DNA of 64,000 nucleotides from Saccostrea cucullata (GCF_032062105.1 NW_026939235.1:1-64000), one strand, 5' to 3'; positions 27,556 to 41,477 are shown, counted from the stretch's first letter. Notes: generated by a model from the sequence alone, not told the origin. Numbers and translations: made by a program.

Positions 27556-28169
27556 AAAACAAAATTATTTGTTAGTCTTTAAAAGCAATGAATTTCAGTA
27601 AAATTCCGTTTACAATGTTTTTCTGTGTATGTTATGCTAGATTGACACATAAATAATTATATTAATTCTGATCCAAGGATGAAGAAACATTTTAAAATTA
27701 GTCAAAAGCTGTACAGTTTGCTACATGTAAAATGTTGCTAAACTCACAAACATTAAAATAAATACTTGGTACATGGATTGAAAAATTTAATAAATGTAGA
27801 TATTTTCAAATTACATCAACAAAGTGCTTTTTATCTGCAATTTCATAATCACGGGACCTCCACTCATTCAAATCTTTATTTCGTGATAAGATTATAATAT
27901 TCAACCAACGGAAATTGTATTTAAAATAGGATTAAGATAAACTGTTATATTTGCGACTAAACGACTAAACTCGTCAGTGATTATAGATAATAAAATAGGG
28001 AAATATGCGAGTGAAGTGCCCTATACGTGTTTTACGTAAAATAGTTTGTCAATGAATAATATTAATCATTGAACAAAAATTGCGAATTGTTGCACGTAAA
28101 TACTTTTGTGACCTTGCACTAAAAAGTTACATATTTATGGTATTAAATATCTAATAAAAGGTTTTCTTG

Positions 28170-28293
28170 ATATATCATGTTGTAAATTTTGAATTTACTA
28201 GGGGGAGGTAAATGCAAATTTTACAACATGATAACTGTTGTAAATTTTGCATTTACTCCCCCCTAGTAAGTTCAAAATTTTCAACATGATATA
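28170..28293. repeat. ~125-bp near-perfect palindrome (hairpin element)
   Basis: ATATCATGTTGTAAATTTTGAATTTACTAGGGGGAG.. pairs with ..CTCCCCCCTAGTAAGTTCAAAATTTTCAACATGATAT. Confidence 0.75.
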
Positions 28294-30819
28294 TGTTAAT
28301 CCAGTATGCACATCCAGTATGCACTGAACGATACTGATCTAGTCGTATAGAATATGAAGCAACATTTAAGTTACAAATAAAACTTACGATGGTATTGTAA
28401 TGTCAATTTTCAAGAAGTATTATATAATACATGTATCTACCATAAATGATAATAAAAGAAAAACGCAACAGAGAATGGAAGATGATTCATGCCTTGTTTT
28501 ATGAAAGGCAATTAAAATTGACATTTTAGATATATCAACATCTCCTTAATGTTTTAAATAAAAAAAGAAACTGTCAATGTAATTAAATACTTAATGATAG
28601 CATGAACAGCTTTTTTTCAGGAAGAATAATTATTAAGGACTTAATTAAATATGAGTCGTTACCTATGAAAATATTAAATAACCAAAACCAATCATGCAAT
28701 GCATACTTCTATTTCAAAAGATGTAAATATATTTTTAAATTAAAAGATATTACCATAAGGGGTCTAAATGATTATATTATCAATTTGACAAAAATGATTT
28801 AACTAAAATGGATATTGGCTGATCAGAACTTTCTTTCAGAACTTTCTTTATTTTGTCATATTTTTTTTTAGGATTTATTAGTCATTGTTATATGCTTCCA
28901 ATATCTAAATTTTCTTATTTTCACATACAGATAAGTCATATTTAAAGATACAAAACATTTTTGTCAAAATTATGATCGTTTTCAAAAAGAAAAAAAACAC
29001 TCTTCGAACTCAGTTTACCATTTCTATTTAAAGTTGTACAAATACGACGAAGGAAGAAAAATGTGACCTTTTAAATCTCTCTAATTACATATAAGCAAAT
29101 ATACTTTTTTAAAAATATTTCATCTATTTAGAAACCATACAAGAATTCCTCCGTAATTATGATGATTACTACCCTTAGTCGGATGTCCAGGTGCTGAATT
29201 TTTAGCAAAGTTTAAAACGTTAGCACGATTGTTTGTATTTTCCTTTGAAATCTTTCGGTAAAAATGTTTCCCAAGATATTTTTAGAAAAAGTATGTGAAA
29301 TAACATAATATTTGCCTGTTTATACAACATATTTTAAATATTTAGAGACTTTATTTATGTCACTTTGGAATAAAAAGCCCAAGGACGTTTCTAATTGACA
29401 TGAATTTAATTGTAAACAAAATCAGTCATTTATATGCATTTCACACTAAGAGCAAAAGCTTTTGTAATATAACTTACCAGCTGCAAATATAACTATGTTT
29501 AACTTCATGTCTATGCTTTGTGCGCCGTACTTTCAGTGCATAATTAAGGTACTCATCTTATATACATATTAAATATTTTATCTTAACACCCATTGAACTT
29601 TTATCGAATGACAGGGAGTGAGTGCACTATAGTTCTTTATGTAAATCTCAAGGCTGCCAATATTCTCATGGAATGAAATGCACCAGCTGCATACAGAGTG
29701 CAATATCCATGTACATTTTCTTTTACATGTTATGTATTTAGGACCCAGTGATATTGAAAAAGAGCAGAAAATGTGATTCTAAATTTTACGAAATCTAACA
29801 TGTGTTGTTGGCAGTAATCGAATCGAACAAAATTATACTTCCATATAATTATAATTAAACCTAGATAGATGTAACATTGTACATGTAAAAGGATATTAAG
29901 TGTCATCGACCATCTGATATTACAGAGCATCACTTTTTACGTAGAGAATAATAGACAGGTCTTACGAAGTCGACATATTACAAGGGCATATCCTCAACGA
30001 ATCATGACAAATTTCTATACATAAAGTAAAGGAGTTCATGTTTAAAGATATTTGAAAATCGCTACAAACCTGATGAAATCTTGCACATGAATTATTTCTA
30101 TATTAGATGTACAGATTAGTTGGTCTGTAAAATATTCAACATACCTACGGTCTAAGAAATGTATTTTTGAAGAATAAATATGTGGATCTGTATAAGTCTG
30201 CAGCACTTTACACAAATTCTGAAAGTGATTAAATTATTCTTTTAATAGAATTAAATTTTAAAACCGGGTATGCCCTTGTAATATTAGAATTTATTGATGA
30301 CATCAATATTGCAGGTTTCAGTTCTCTCACTTCACATCACGTGACAAGTCTGATTAAAGAATGTAACCGTCCTCAACATACTAGTATATTTTTAACCATA
30401 TTACACGTAAATCTTCTGATAATACATGTACATGTGTAGTTCAGTTCTCAATGCGCAATGCTCAATTTGTTTGCACACATCGTTGGATTTAAGAGATTAT
30501 ATTTTTCAAAAAATACTGATTCATTGCTCAATTGAAACCTTATCATTAGTGCCTGTTTGAAATATTTGAAAATTCTGATAAAGAAGATGGGTGAACATGA
30601 TGAGTGAAAAGCCTTTAGTGTGACAAACATGAAAGTGGAAAATTAGACCTCGATTATATCAATTTATTCATGATTTTTTCATCTAACATCAATATCTTAA
30701 TACATGATATGTACATTACATACGTAAAATCTCTAAAATTTGTAAACGTCACAATAATTGAATTAATTGCCTATACACTCTATGACAGTTCATGCATTAA
30801 TTAAGTCAAAGGTCATATC

Positions 30820-33451
30820 ACAAACATGATTTAAATGTCACTTTTCATCAGGATTTGCATAGTCTGGTGATTAGCGTGCTAGTCATGTAAGAACTCGATA
30901 CCCAGCAATGGACAAATCTTCTTTAAATAGTAATGTGTTTATTCGAACTCATCGACTGTTATTTCATTGGTTTTTTATTTTAATCAACATCTGTTCATCT
31001 GTAGAGATAAGCTGTCTGGAATAATACTGCACAGGAATTTAGGGGCTGATGGAAGGACTATCTTGCAGGGATGCCCATCCTTTCTCATACAGCGCATATG
31101 ATCTAATAAATAAATTATATGCTTTCCCTTGTATATGACTCAAAAACATGTGTTTTGCAAATGAAAAAAATTAAGACAAATCCCTTCATAAAAATATTTT
31201 ATGGCAAATTTGAAACAAACCCCAAAATCCCTTAAAAAAATTGAAGACACCAGTCATGAATTATGTTCTGCTGAAGCAACCTGAAAACAGATTTCTTCAC
31301 TAAGTATTGTATGTAGTTCAGTGTTACGTCGAGTATTTTCTCCAAAGAAAGGCATTGTCAACCGAGGCGCAGCTTGTTAATTTGGAAGTATATCCGAAAG
31401 TGGGGTATGTATGAGGAGGTAAATAGACATCCTTTGTCCGAAGCTAATTGTACACTTCCATTTATTAAATTGTCAATAATCAACTAAAATTAAAACTTTT
31501 ATAATGTTCTCTAGATAATATGCCCATTGCACTGAATCATATCACTAAATAATAGCCTAAGATTACCCTCCGATGTACCTCCATACAAATATATCGCTGC
31601 ATCAGTTTACCATGAATGTACCATGAATATACGAATAAAATTCATTACGTTGTAAAAATATTACTTGATTTAGCTCTGTCAAGATACAAACTGTGTCAAG
31701 TTTTACGAATTGACGTCATTTCCACAAATGCAGTGCCATCAATGAGTTGTTGTCTTTCATTGAAATAGGGGATACTAAGGATCGACCTGTCTTTCTGTCT
31801 GTCTGTACCATTTGTGTTTTCTGTGCAATATCTTGAGAACCCTTTTATTGAGTTTTTGAAATGAAATGTTACGTATTACCTACCTGTGACCAAAAACAGC
31901 ATCTATTTATTTCGATGTCAAAGTTAAAAGGATAATGTCATTAATTAAAGATTGTGTGTTTTAACTCTTTCAAAGACATTAATTTGATTTATTATACTTT
32001 CATGTTAAATACTAAAATCTGATTGGTTTAGACGCAGTTAACAATCTGTTCTATTACCCTCAGCCTTAGCAACACACGTGACAACGGATAACACAACGGT
32101 AATGCCACATGCGTGGAAATTGTGCGCGTATGGTTCACCGTAGAATTCTCAAAACGTCAGTTGCGCGTTTGAAAGAACCGGAATAAACTTGACGTCAATA
32201 AAAGCTTGCGTCCGATGTAGTTTACTTAAAAACAACAAACGACAGACGAAACATGCTTGCGAGTGCAGAAATAACGAAACTTTAGAAGATAAAGGACTCG
32301 TAGAGTATCAAATAAACAATAAAGAGGTCAGTAAATCTTTTTCGAAGTAGCGGGGAGTTTAAAAGCTTTCTAAACGTGAACGAAAAGGCGATCGACGATT
32401 TGTATTGCTGACATATTTAGTAAATCAAGAAGACATTCAGTATAATAAAATAAATGGTGCCTGTTTTGGAGGGTAACAGTTGAAATTGACACCCCTCGGA
32501 AAACCATTGTCAACCTCCGCTGACGCGTCGGTTGACAATGGTTTTCCTTGGGGCGTCAATTTCAACTGTTACCCTCCAAAACAGGCACCATTTATATATA
32601 ACTTCATGGACAACACAAGGAATATCACCTGTACAAAAATATATGTCTTGATCAGTGCCTGTTCCATCAATGAAACATACTATATGGCGTACATATCAAT
32701 ATCAACGATAGTTAATCTGTTTAATCCTACGTTAAATGATTAATTATACAAATATAATTTATTATAAATATATTGAACAATAACATCTGGTACGCGGTAT
32801 ACGTATTTTTTCTGCAATAACTGCGATATTAATTTCTGTGACAACCAAATTAAGCATTTTGTTGTTTATGTAAATCATCACATGTAATGAGATTGATAAA
32901 AAAAAATCAACATATGTAATAAGATCATGCGACTGAGACTTAATACAATATAAGGGTGGCCCACAAAATCTACAAACATTGGTCCCCAACTAGCATCGGT
33001 GATTCCACAGTAGGCTGTTTAAGGAATGAATTAAATAGCTCACAAAGTTAAGGTTAAAGTCATAAATTCAAATGATGTATTCTGTCTGTTTTTACATTTG
33101 TTTCCGTGCGATATCTAGAGAAGTCTGGTCTTTTGCAATGACATTTTAAAACATAACTCCTTTTGTCCTAAGGAAGACACCTATCGATTTTTAGGGTCGT
33201 ATAGGTTCTAAAACTTTTAATGTAATTGTGTGATACAAAAAAAGAAATAAACTAGCTTTCTTATAAACAAGATCAAACAAGCTGCACAACAATTCTTTTT
33301 TAATTTTCTCTTATCACTAAGTGTAATACATGATACTCAATTATCGACAATAATAAAAAGAGAAGTTAAGATTTATATTAATATTGATAATTAACGTAAA
33401 ATAAAATTAATAAAATATCACTTACGTCTTCGACAGAGCGTCTGAATTCAT
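30820..33451 (-). pseudogene. cGLR copy D: heavily decayed exon 2 fragment (~30820-31290) plus exon 1 (33451-33426)
   Basis: Frameshifted homology to the LQQN..DWC..YEG.C.NFF..NLFI region. Exon 1 ATGAATTCAGACGCTCTGTCGAAGAC|GTAAG. Confidence 0.75.
31988..32600 (+). mobile_element. Crypton-like non-autonomous element with long 3' hairpin
   Basis: Starts TTATTATACT..CTGATTGGTT, with the inverted AGTATAATAA at ~32439. A ~150-bp palindrome at 32450-32597 is centred on CCGCTGACGCGTCGG. Family call from recalled architecture. Confidence 0.6.
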
Positions 33452-36400
33452 TTTTTCTTATCGAAATTACCAGCAAAATTACCAAGCTCAGAGAATTAGA
33501 AAAAAAAAACCTACTGAGGCAGTTTTAGTTTGTAGCAAACTTTAAAGGGAAAACGATACGTAGTAGACGTAAAGTGATCAATCAATATTCATACGTGCTT
33601 ACCTTGCAGAGTCAAACAAGGGTTATTATATTAGATACAATGTATTAAAAGTAACTGAATGCCAAAAAATTCCATTCTGTGCAAAGGATGATCTGAACAT
33701 TAATCAATGTTCACCTTTTTATGAAAAATGTTTTATCGGTGAAAATGCAATGTACTACAGGAATATTGACCAGATTATTCAGACATATGGATTTTTTATA
33801 GAATAAAATACTGAAAAATACAATGTAATGCATACAAATGTAGAAAGAGAGCTCAAATGGTGTTGCTGCAGTTGTTGACAGTTTTCTTATCAAAGGTAAA
33901 ATTTGTCCAATTTATTTTTGTCGTGGGAAGGGAGTGATGTTAAGACTATAATTTCGAAATGCTTTTGAATCCCAATTTGTCTATGTCTTTTCGTTTGTAT
34001 ATTTGTTCTTTGTCTCTGTACACATTTTTAAAAAGTCCACTATTTTTATGGTTTTCCTGCAATTTCATCAGGATAACTGGACACAAAAGTAAATTACACT
34101 CAGATACACAAAGATGCACATGGTTCATTCTTTATTTATCTAGTGAATAATATTGCCAGGATCACATAAAATATTTCAATAGAATACTTTCACAAAGCCA
34201 ATTTTTCTGCAGTTTGTGTCTGCCTCCATTAAAATTAGGCATACAAGTAACGAACAGAATGAAATATAATTTTGTTTACACAGTACAGTTCCAGGTGTGC
34301 ACTGGCAATATCGACAATATTTTGTAATTAAATTGTTTTTAACAATTCCATAATGTACCAAAAATAGTCTATCTTTCTTTTAATTGGCACTTATCTTGCA
34401 AAGACTAATATATGGTGGAGGTTAAAAAATTGAAGCAAATTTAATTTGAACTGCTAAAATTTAATAAATACTGAATTTTTCACTAAATACATACAATTAA
34501 ATGATCATGCTACATTATACATAACATATGTACAGTCATATGCATGTAGACTCTCATTTCCCTTTCAAACCACAATCTATACAATGCAGTAATCTATACA
34601 AAAGTCTTTTTCAGCCAAGTAGTATCTTGAAATACACAATTTTACCTGAATTATTTATTTTTTTGCTTTTGATCATGTTTATAAAAGGAATTCTCTATAA
34701 TTTGAGTGACATGGATACAAGTAAATTTAATATTGAATTTTAATGATATATTTCCTATTAACGACCATGTCTGCTGTGTATCAAATTGTTATATTGGTTA
34801 TACCTTTTTGAGTTAACAGATGTATACAACCATGCTATTGTTACGGCTTACGGCTTTAGATGTTTAGCGGCGTAACATTGTGGGGCTCCTTAATCTGAAT
34901 GTTGAACGAAAGACAACAGGATATAATTTGTTTTTAATATTTTATTAGATTTTATTCAATAAACATACAAAAATACTCTTCTTTGGCTCTGCGGTCCTCA
35001 CCTGAAATAAAAACAAACCAACCACCCTTTCCAACAAATGTTAATATAAAAACCACCCTTAAACAAACCCTTTAATAAACACGAATAGACCTTATATCTT
35101 TAGGTCTTGAACAAAGATTGAACTAGTGATTTCTTCACTAGTGAGTAGGCCTATAAATATAAAATGTCAGATAATACTATTAGCAAACAACTAATTGTAT
35201 AGGGACAAAAAGTTATGCTAACATCTCAACAAAACTCAATACAATGCACCATGCATTTGTTAGTTTGTTGTTAGTAATAATGTCAGGAGTTATAAATATC
35301 AAGTTCAGGTCACTTCTTGTGCCTTAGTAAATACTACTCAACAGTAAACAATAACGATGAGTTCAGATCACCACTTGTGTCTGAGTAAAATGAATGAATA
35401 AAGCAACCAAACGTTGCTAACAAATTCAGGTTAATAATTACCCATCATGTCAATTTGTTTGTCTCTCTGTCTAAAACAGAACCCTTTGTGATGGGGAGAC
35501 TGCCTTGTTCGGAGTTGGTCCGTCAGGTAGACCTTTCCGTGGGTGAGACCGCAGGCGTCTGACCGTTAGACGCTGGGGGCTCGTATGTAAAGCCTTTACA
35601 ACCTTTATGACGTCAATCACTCAATGCATGAGATTTGGCGCCATAACGTCAAATAGCTGGAAAACTTCGGATGCACTTAATTGTTATACTCATCAGAGGT
35701 GTTCCGAATGTAGTTTACATCTTTTACCGCTTAGTATAGCTATTCCAGTTGACGCCATTTTACACTAAGGACGACAACTCTCGCTGACTACCTGACGGCC
35801 ATATTGGATGAGATTGTGGGTCAGTGCAGACGGGTAAGTAATGATTTATCTGTAAGTGATAATTACAACCCTGTCATCTCGATCTTAAATAATTTTCCGT
35901 TTTTTAATGACAAAAAATGCATAGACAGTTGTTAAATTGTTTAGAATTTAGTTGATACAGGTATTTTTAAGAATACACGTGCAAGTTGAAAGAAGTGTAA
36001 TTGGGGTGTATTTCACTATTTTATATAATTGTGGTATGTGATTGCGGTGATTTTTTTATGTAAAGCGATACATTATACATTTATTTTGATACTAGCATAT
36101 TAAAAAAGGCGCAAACTTGTTGCGTTTTTTTGGTTAGAATAAAAAACGTAAACTTCGATGCTTGCTCAGTATATTATTACCTCCCTTCCATTATAGTCTG
36201 TTTTTTTTAAAAGAATATTTCTGGTTTAAGATACATTTAAGTAATGCCTTGAAAAATTAATTTGATTTATTTTATTAAGGTTCACATATCATCTGTGAAA
36301 GTGGCAGTTACTCTGAAAGAATTTTCCATACAAGGTAAATATTATCACAATACCATACTTTCTATTATTCTCTTTAGATAAGTGGACAGGCTTTGCCCTA

Positions 36401-36657
36401 CATCCACTTTCCTTCACAAACCCTCAAGTCTTCCAGATTCAATAAATGAAGACCTGTGAAGAAAAAAGGATGTAGGCGAAGCATGTCCACTTCTCTAAAG
36501 AGAATAAATTTCTATGTGTGCTTTTAATGTTTGTGTCGTCATGCTTTTTGTGCTGTTGCAAATGTATGTGTAAAGCTTATCAATGTATTGTCATTATGTT
36601 CACTTCATACAGCATATATATGGTAAAATTCTAATTAACTGCACATTCATATGCACC

Positions 36658-39600
36658 ATGTCTCTAACAAATGAGAATGTGAGTGAAATTTTCATAAAAA
36701 ATGAAGGCAATGTTGCAAATACATGCAAGGCTATATGTGACTGCCTTCAGTTGGATTCAGCTTCAATAGTAAAGTCAAGTTTGTTCTTGAAAGTCCAAAA
36801 AATATTCAAAGAACTTCAAAGACTCAAGAAATACAATAATAAGGAAAAATATAACATATTTCGAAACAAATTATTCACATTACCAGCTAGTAAAAAAAAT
36901 ATTCAATCAACATCGAGTTCTTCAGTGTCCATATCTACTTCTTCTGTGTCAACGTTGACTTCTTCTGTGTCAACGTTGACTTCTTCTGTGTGCACATCGA
37001 CTTCTTCTGTGTCACCATCCACTTCTTCTGTGTCAACGTCGACTTCTTCTGTGTCAACATCAACTTCTTCTGTGTCAACGTCGACTTATTCTGTGCCAAC
37101 ATCAACTTCTTCTGTGTCAACGTCGACTTATTCTGTGCCAACATCAACTTCTTCTGTGCCAACGTCGACTTATTCTGTGCCAACATCAACTTCTTCCATG
37201 TCAACGTCGACTTATTCTGTGTCAACATCGACTTCTTCTGCGGCCTCATCAACTTTGGCATCCTCATCAACCTTTGTGGCCTCATCGACTTCTTCATCAA
37301 CAGATCTTTTACAGGATATTGAAAAAAGCATCAGAATTCAACATCTTGAAAGAGAAAACCATAAATTGAGAGAAAAACTAAGGAACATTAATGTTAAATC
37401 AATGAACCAGAAACTTAAAAGAAAATCTGAGAAAGTTGTACATTTACAAGAAAAGGTAAATGAATTTGAAAAAAAAGAAACTGAAAAGAAATATAGTAGA
37501 GTTGAAAAGGGTGTGCAGTGCAACGTTTTAAAGTCATATATTGAAGACTTGAAAAAAGAAATTGATGCATTGAATGCAGAAAGAGATGAAAATGATGATA
37601 TGAAAGAATCATCAGAATTTGTACATATTGGGAAAAATGTAGATTTTAGAGAAAAATCAAAGGGCAGACCTTTCAATTTTAAGTTAAGAAAGTTATACTA
37701 TTTTTTTATCAGTAATAATATTGGTGTGCAGCATATTTCTCCTGTTGTTGAAGCTGTTTTAAATATTTTTGATATTCATGTAAAAAATTTACCAAGTAAG
37801 AGTACAACAGCAGTTTTATCAAGTGAAATGGGTGTTTTATCTAAAAATCATGTTAAAGAAGAGCTTTTAAATAGTAAAAACATTACAATGCACAGAGATG
37901 CCACCACTAAAAAGGGAAAACATTTTTATGGTTTGCAATTTAATACTGGAAATCAATTTTTAACTGCTGGAATCAGAGAAGTGCCAGATGGCAAGGGTGA
38001 AACATATGTAAATAGTACGAAAGAAATGTTGTCTGATATTTCAGAGAAAGAAAGCGATAAAAAAAGTATTTTAGAATCTGTATCTTGTTTTATGACTGAT
38101 AGAAGTTCCACGGAACAGAAAGTAAATTCTATTTTATCTAGTGAAATTTCTCACGATGTTCATTCTTTTAAATGTTCAGTGCACCCTCTTTTACAATTTT
38201 CAGATGTTTGTTTACAAGAGTTTTATAATATTGAAAAAGAATTAAATATTCATTTTGATGGACATTCCAGTACACCTAAAGATCCTTATGTCATGTTTAT
38301 TTTAAGAAGTGTTTCAAAATTTTTTTTTAAAGACGGAGTAGGTGATCCGAAATTTAGTCGAGTGTTTTTGAAAAGTCACGGAACAGACAAACTCCCTGTG
38401 ATGAATGTAAGAGGAAATCGTTTTAATTTGTGTTTTTATAATGCTGCTGGTACATTTTTTATGCATCAACTTCTTTTACAATATCTTTTATCCTCGAGGA
38501 GTTCTTTTAATGTTGTTTTGAATGCAATTGTTACATCATTGCAAAGCAAAGTATTTTTAACAATTTTGAGAGCTCTTGGTTTTATATGTAAATTTATTAC
38601 GGAGCCATACTGGCAGAAAACTTTAGAGTTATGGAATATTACAAGTATAAACACTGTGTATCAAAGACTTTTATATGTTTTAAATGTTATTCATAAAAAC
38701 CCTTCAGCATTATTAAAAAGGGAAATCAAACTGTTTGAAGGTCCAGATTTTTATGACCCTGTGTCAGATTTTTTATGTTCTATGTCGTTAAATGATGACT
38801 TTACATGTGTTTTTATTAAGAGGTGCATTAGTGTTTTAATTGACAAGGCAAAGAAGTTGTTTGCAGATTTTTTAGAAGGAGGAAAATATTTTAATTCATG
38901 TTCAACAGAATTTTTTAAAGAATGTTCATCATGTTCGACAAATAATATAACCATTGAACGGTTAATGGGTCAGTTAGATTTTAAACTTAAATATGCTGCC
39001 ACCTCATCTGTAAATACAATTGAGAGTATTTTAATGTATAATAATAATAAAACAAAAAAATGGTTAGAAAAAAAAAGTGAAAATGAACAGAGGAACATTG
39101 TAAATACAGCTAGAAAAGACAGTAGAGCTTTTTTAATTGAAAGTAAGAGAAGGAAAGAAGAATTATTTAACAAACATTTGCAGACTATAAAAGAAAAAGA
39201 AGAGGAGAACAAGAAGAAGAAAGAAAGAAAAAATGATGCCATCGACAAAGCGTTAGACGATATTCACAGACATGGATTATGGGCTTCAGTGACTGAAATT
39301 AATGAAAAATTGTGCATTTTAAAGACAAAGAAGGAAAAAATGACAGCGTTAAAAACTCAGATTAATATTTATAAGAAAGTTTTTAAAGTAGAACAAGAAT
39401 TTAGACATTTATTGTGTTTTAGCAAAAAAGGAAAAGTATTTGACGAGAAACAATTGAAAGAAAATTTGATTACACTACTGAAAAAAAGAAAGGAATATCA
39501 AGAAAGTATTGCATGTAACACCAACCCGAGGGACTTTGTATCCAGACAAATATTACACACATGGACAGATAATGGAGAGGACATTGAATGGGAGGGACAG

Positions 39601-41477
39601 ATTTTAAGCTACAGCAATGGGGTGTTTAAAGTAAAGTCATTTTAAAAAGAGATATATTATTAATTTCACTGTTTAACATTCACTAAATAATACTGCTTTA
39701 TTTTAATTACAAAAGAGGTATGTAACAATATGAACGTACCAGAATCTTATCATTTTTAATAACTTTCATACATTTCATTTATTGTACATATCTTTTAAAC
39801 TTTTATTACAGGCAATTCAATTTCATTTTCAAAAATTGATGTAATGAATACTTTAAAGTGATAGTCTTTTTAAGTTTCCACATAAAAATTGATGAAAAAC
39901 TTCAAGTTACATACCTAGCACTCTGAATATTTATGGTTTCAGGCTTTATTTATTTTTATGCCCTCTTCCATGAAGGAAGGGTATATTGCTTTGCAGGTTT
40001 TTGTTGGCCTGTCTGTCTGTCTGTCTGTCCACCAACAGTTTCCATTAATTTTCTTTGCAGAGTTTATAAGTTCAGAAATGACTTTGAAATATTCCGTTTG
40101 TTGGCCATTGTCGCAAACCACTGCCAAAATGTATGATCCTCTCCCATTCTGGCTGTGGTTGAACGAGGAGAGAATTCTTTGTAGCTCATTAAAATATTAA
40201 CCAATGCAAGTAAAGCATAGTTGGATAATGAACTTTATCGCGACCTTTCAATATCCAATCACAGTTCACAAAATATTCTTTGTATACTGTTGATGTCAAT
40301 GTTGTGATGTAAACAAAACTTCCCACTAATTGAATATGACGTCACAATAGAGAGACATAAATATTTAAGATTACAACACTTTTTGTGCCCAAGAAGCAAT
40401 GGGTAGGAGAGAGCTTTATGCGGACTCTAGACTGTGGCTCGAGATGATGGTTGTTGGAGTGGGGAAATAAGTGCTTCACAAAACACATCTTGTTTAATTA
40501 ATTAACATTATGAAGTAAATGTTTAAAAACCCATGGAATCAAATGGTTTTCTTATAATGTATTTATATTGATTAAAGACAGATTTATTTGCCATATCATT
40601 TTCATAGAAATGGGTTTATAAACAAGGAATTTATTGCATGAGGTAATGATCTTAGCAGGGTTTTGTAATGGTGCATATTTACACCAATACTTTTATGAAA
40701 GCATGTCACAGCATGCATGCAAAATTTATATATTTATTTCCAATCTTACAGAAAAACTCATTTACTATTGCCAAAAATACTGCAAATTCTGTACAATGCA
40801 AAATTTAGTTTTGGTTCCCCAGCTATATAAATGATATTAATTTTGGAAATGCATAAATTTAAAAAAAAAATAAAGAAAAGAAATAGCAAACTATGGTAAT
40901 CAATATTGCTGAGTTTTACTGTATTTATAATGATAAAATTGTGTAACAAAACTTATTGTTCATAGGTCATTAAAAAATAACTATGCATAAAGTACAACAC
41001 CATATTATGAACAGTTGTTTCTGTCTTGTATGTTTTTGTCTTTGTGAAATATAACCATGTATTTATGTTATTTAATGATGTAAATGAAATTTTATTTGAA
41101 AGCAAAGTAAAAACATCAGGAATAAGACATAAATGAGTTTCTGCTATTATTATGATTGCATCATTCAGGGTTACTATAAACCATTCAAGTGAGTATAAAT
41201 ATATATACTTATATCTTTATATATATTTATTTCAGGTTCTGTACTGGAATGATACCGAGAAGACGGACAGCAGCATATTTGAGCTAACAGAAAGAGAAAT
41301 CAATACAGACATCAAAGAAGGGAATTTATTTTTCAAAGGTATGTTTAAAAAAAATTCTAATATAATTTAAATTAAACATTGAGCTGATTTAGAAAAAATA
41401 TTGGTTTCTACTTAACAATGAAAATTCCTATTTTAGACACAGGAGCAAAATTGGATCACAGTTATAGCACATTTTGA
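36658..41477 (+). CDS. DDE transposase-like protein (CxxH type) with predicted C-terminal Tudor/Spindlin-like domain; exons 36658-39630, 41236-41338, 41437-41477
   Basis: RNase H-like motifs MHRDATTKKG, FMTDRSS, KCSVHPL, GNRFN, PYW, TNNITIERLMG. N-terminal Ser/Thr repeat and coiled coil. Junctions AAA|GTAAAG..TTTCAG|GTT and AAAG|GTATG..TTTTAG|AC keep the frame (1038 aa). Confidence 0.72.
36912..37300 (+). repeat. 21-bp coding minisatellite (TSSVSTS)
   Basis: Unit ACTTCTTCTGTGTCAACGTCG with variants, roughly 15-18 copies, in frame. Confidence 0.92.
39952..40495 (+). mobile_element. DINE/HINE-like element in the transposase intron
   Basis: TTTTTATGCCC..GGGTATATTG hairpin, (GTCT)n microsatellite, 3' GTG..CACAAAACACATCTTGTT. 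Confidence 0.65.

Noticed and set aside
27744-27774. MYQVFILMF as a confirmed start exon of the ShK-TSP1 gene
   Set aside because: The strong GTGAGT donor is phase 0 while the next acceptor needs phase 1; only a weak GTTTAG donor 4 nt later fits, so it is left as a candidate.
34839-35648. Possible solo LTRs (also ~52529-53100)
   Set aside because: TG..CA-like ends are imperfect, and no TSD, PBS or partner LTR could be established.
36912-37322. Regular repeat resembling a CRISPR array, and alternative-frame repeat ORFs
   Set aside because: Head-to-tail 21-bp units with no unique spacers, eukaryotic context and no cas genes.
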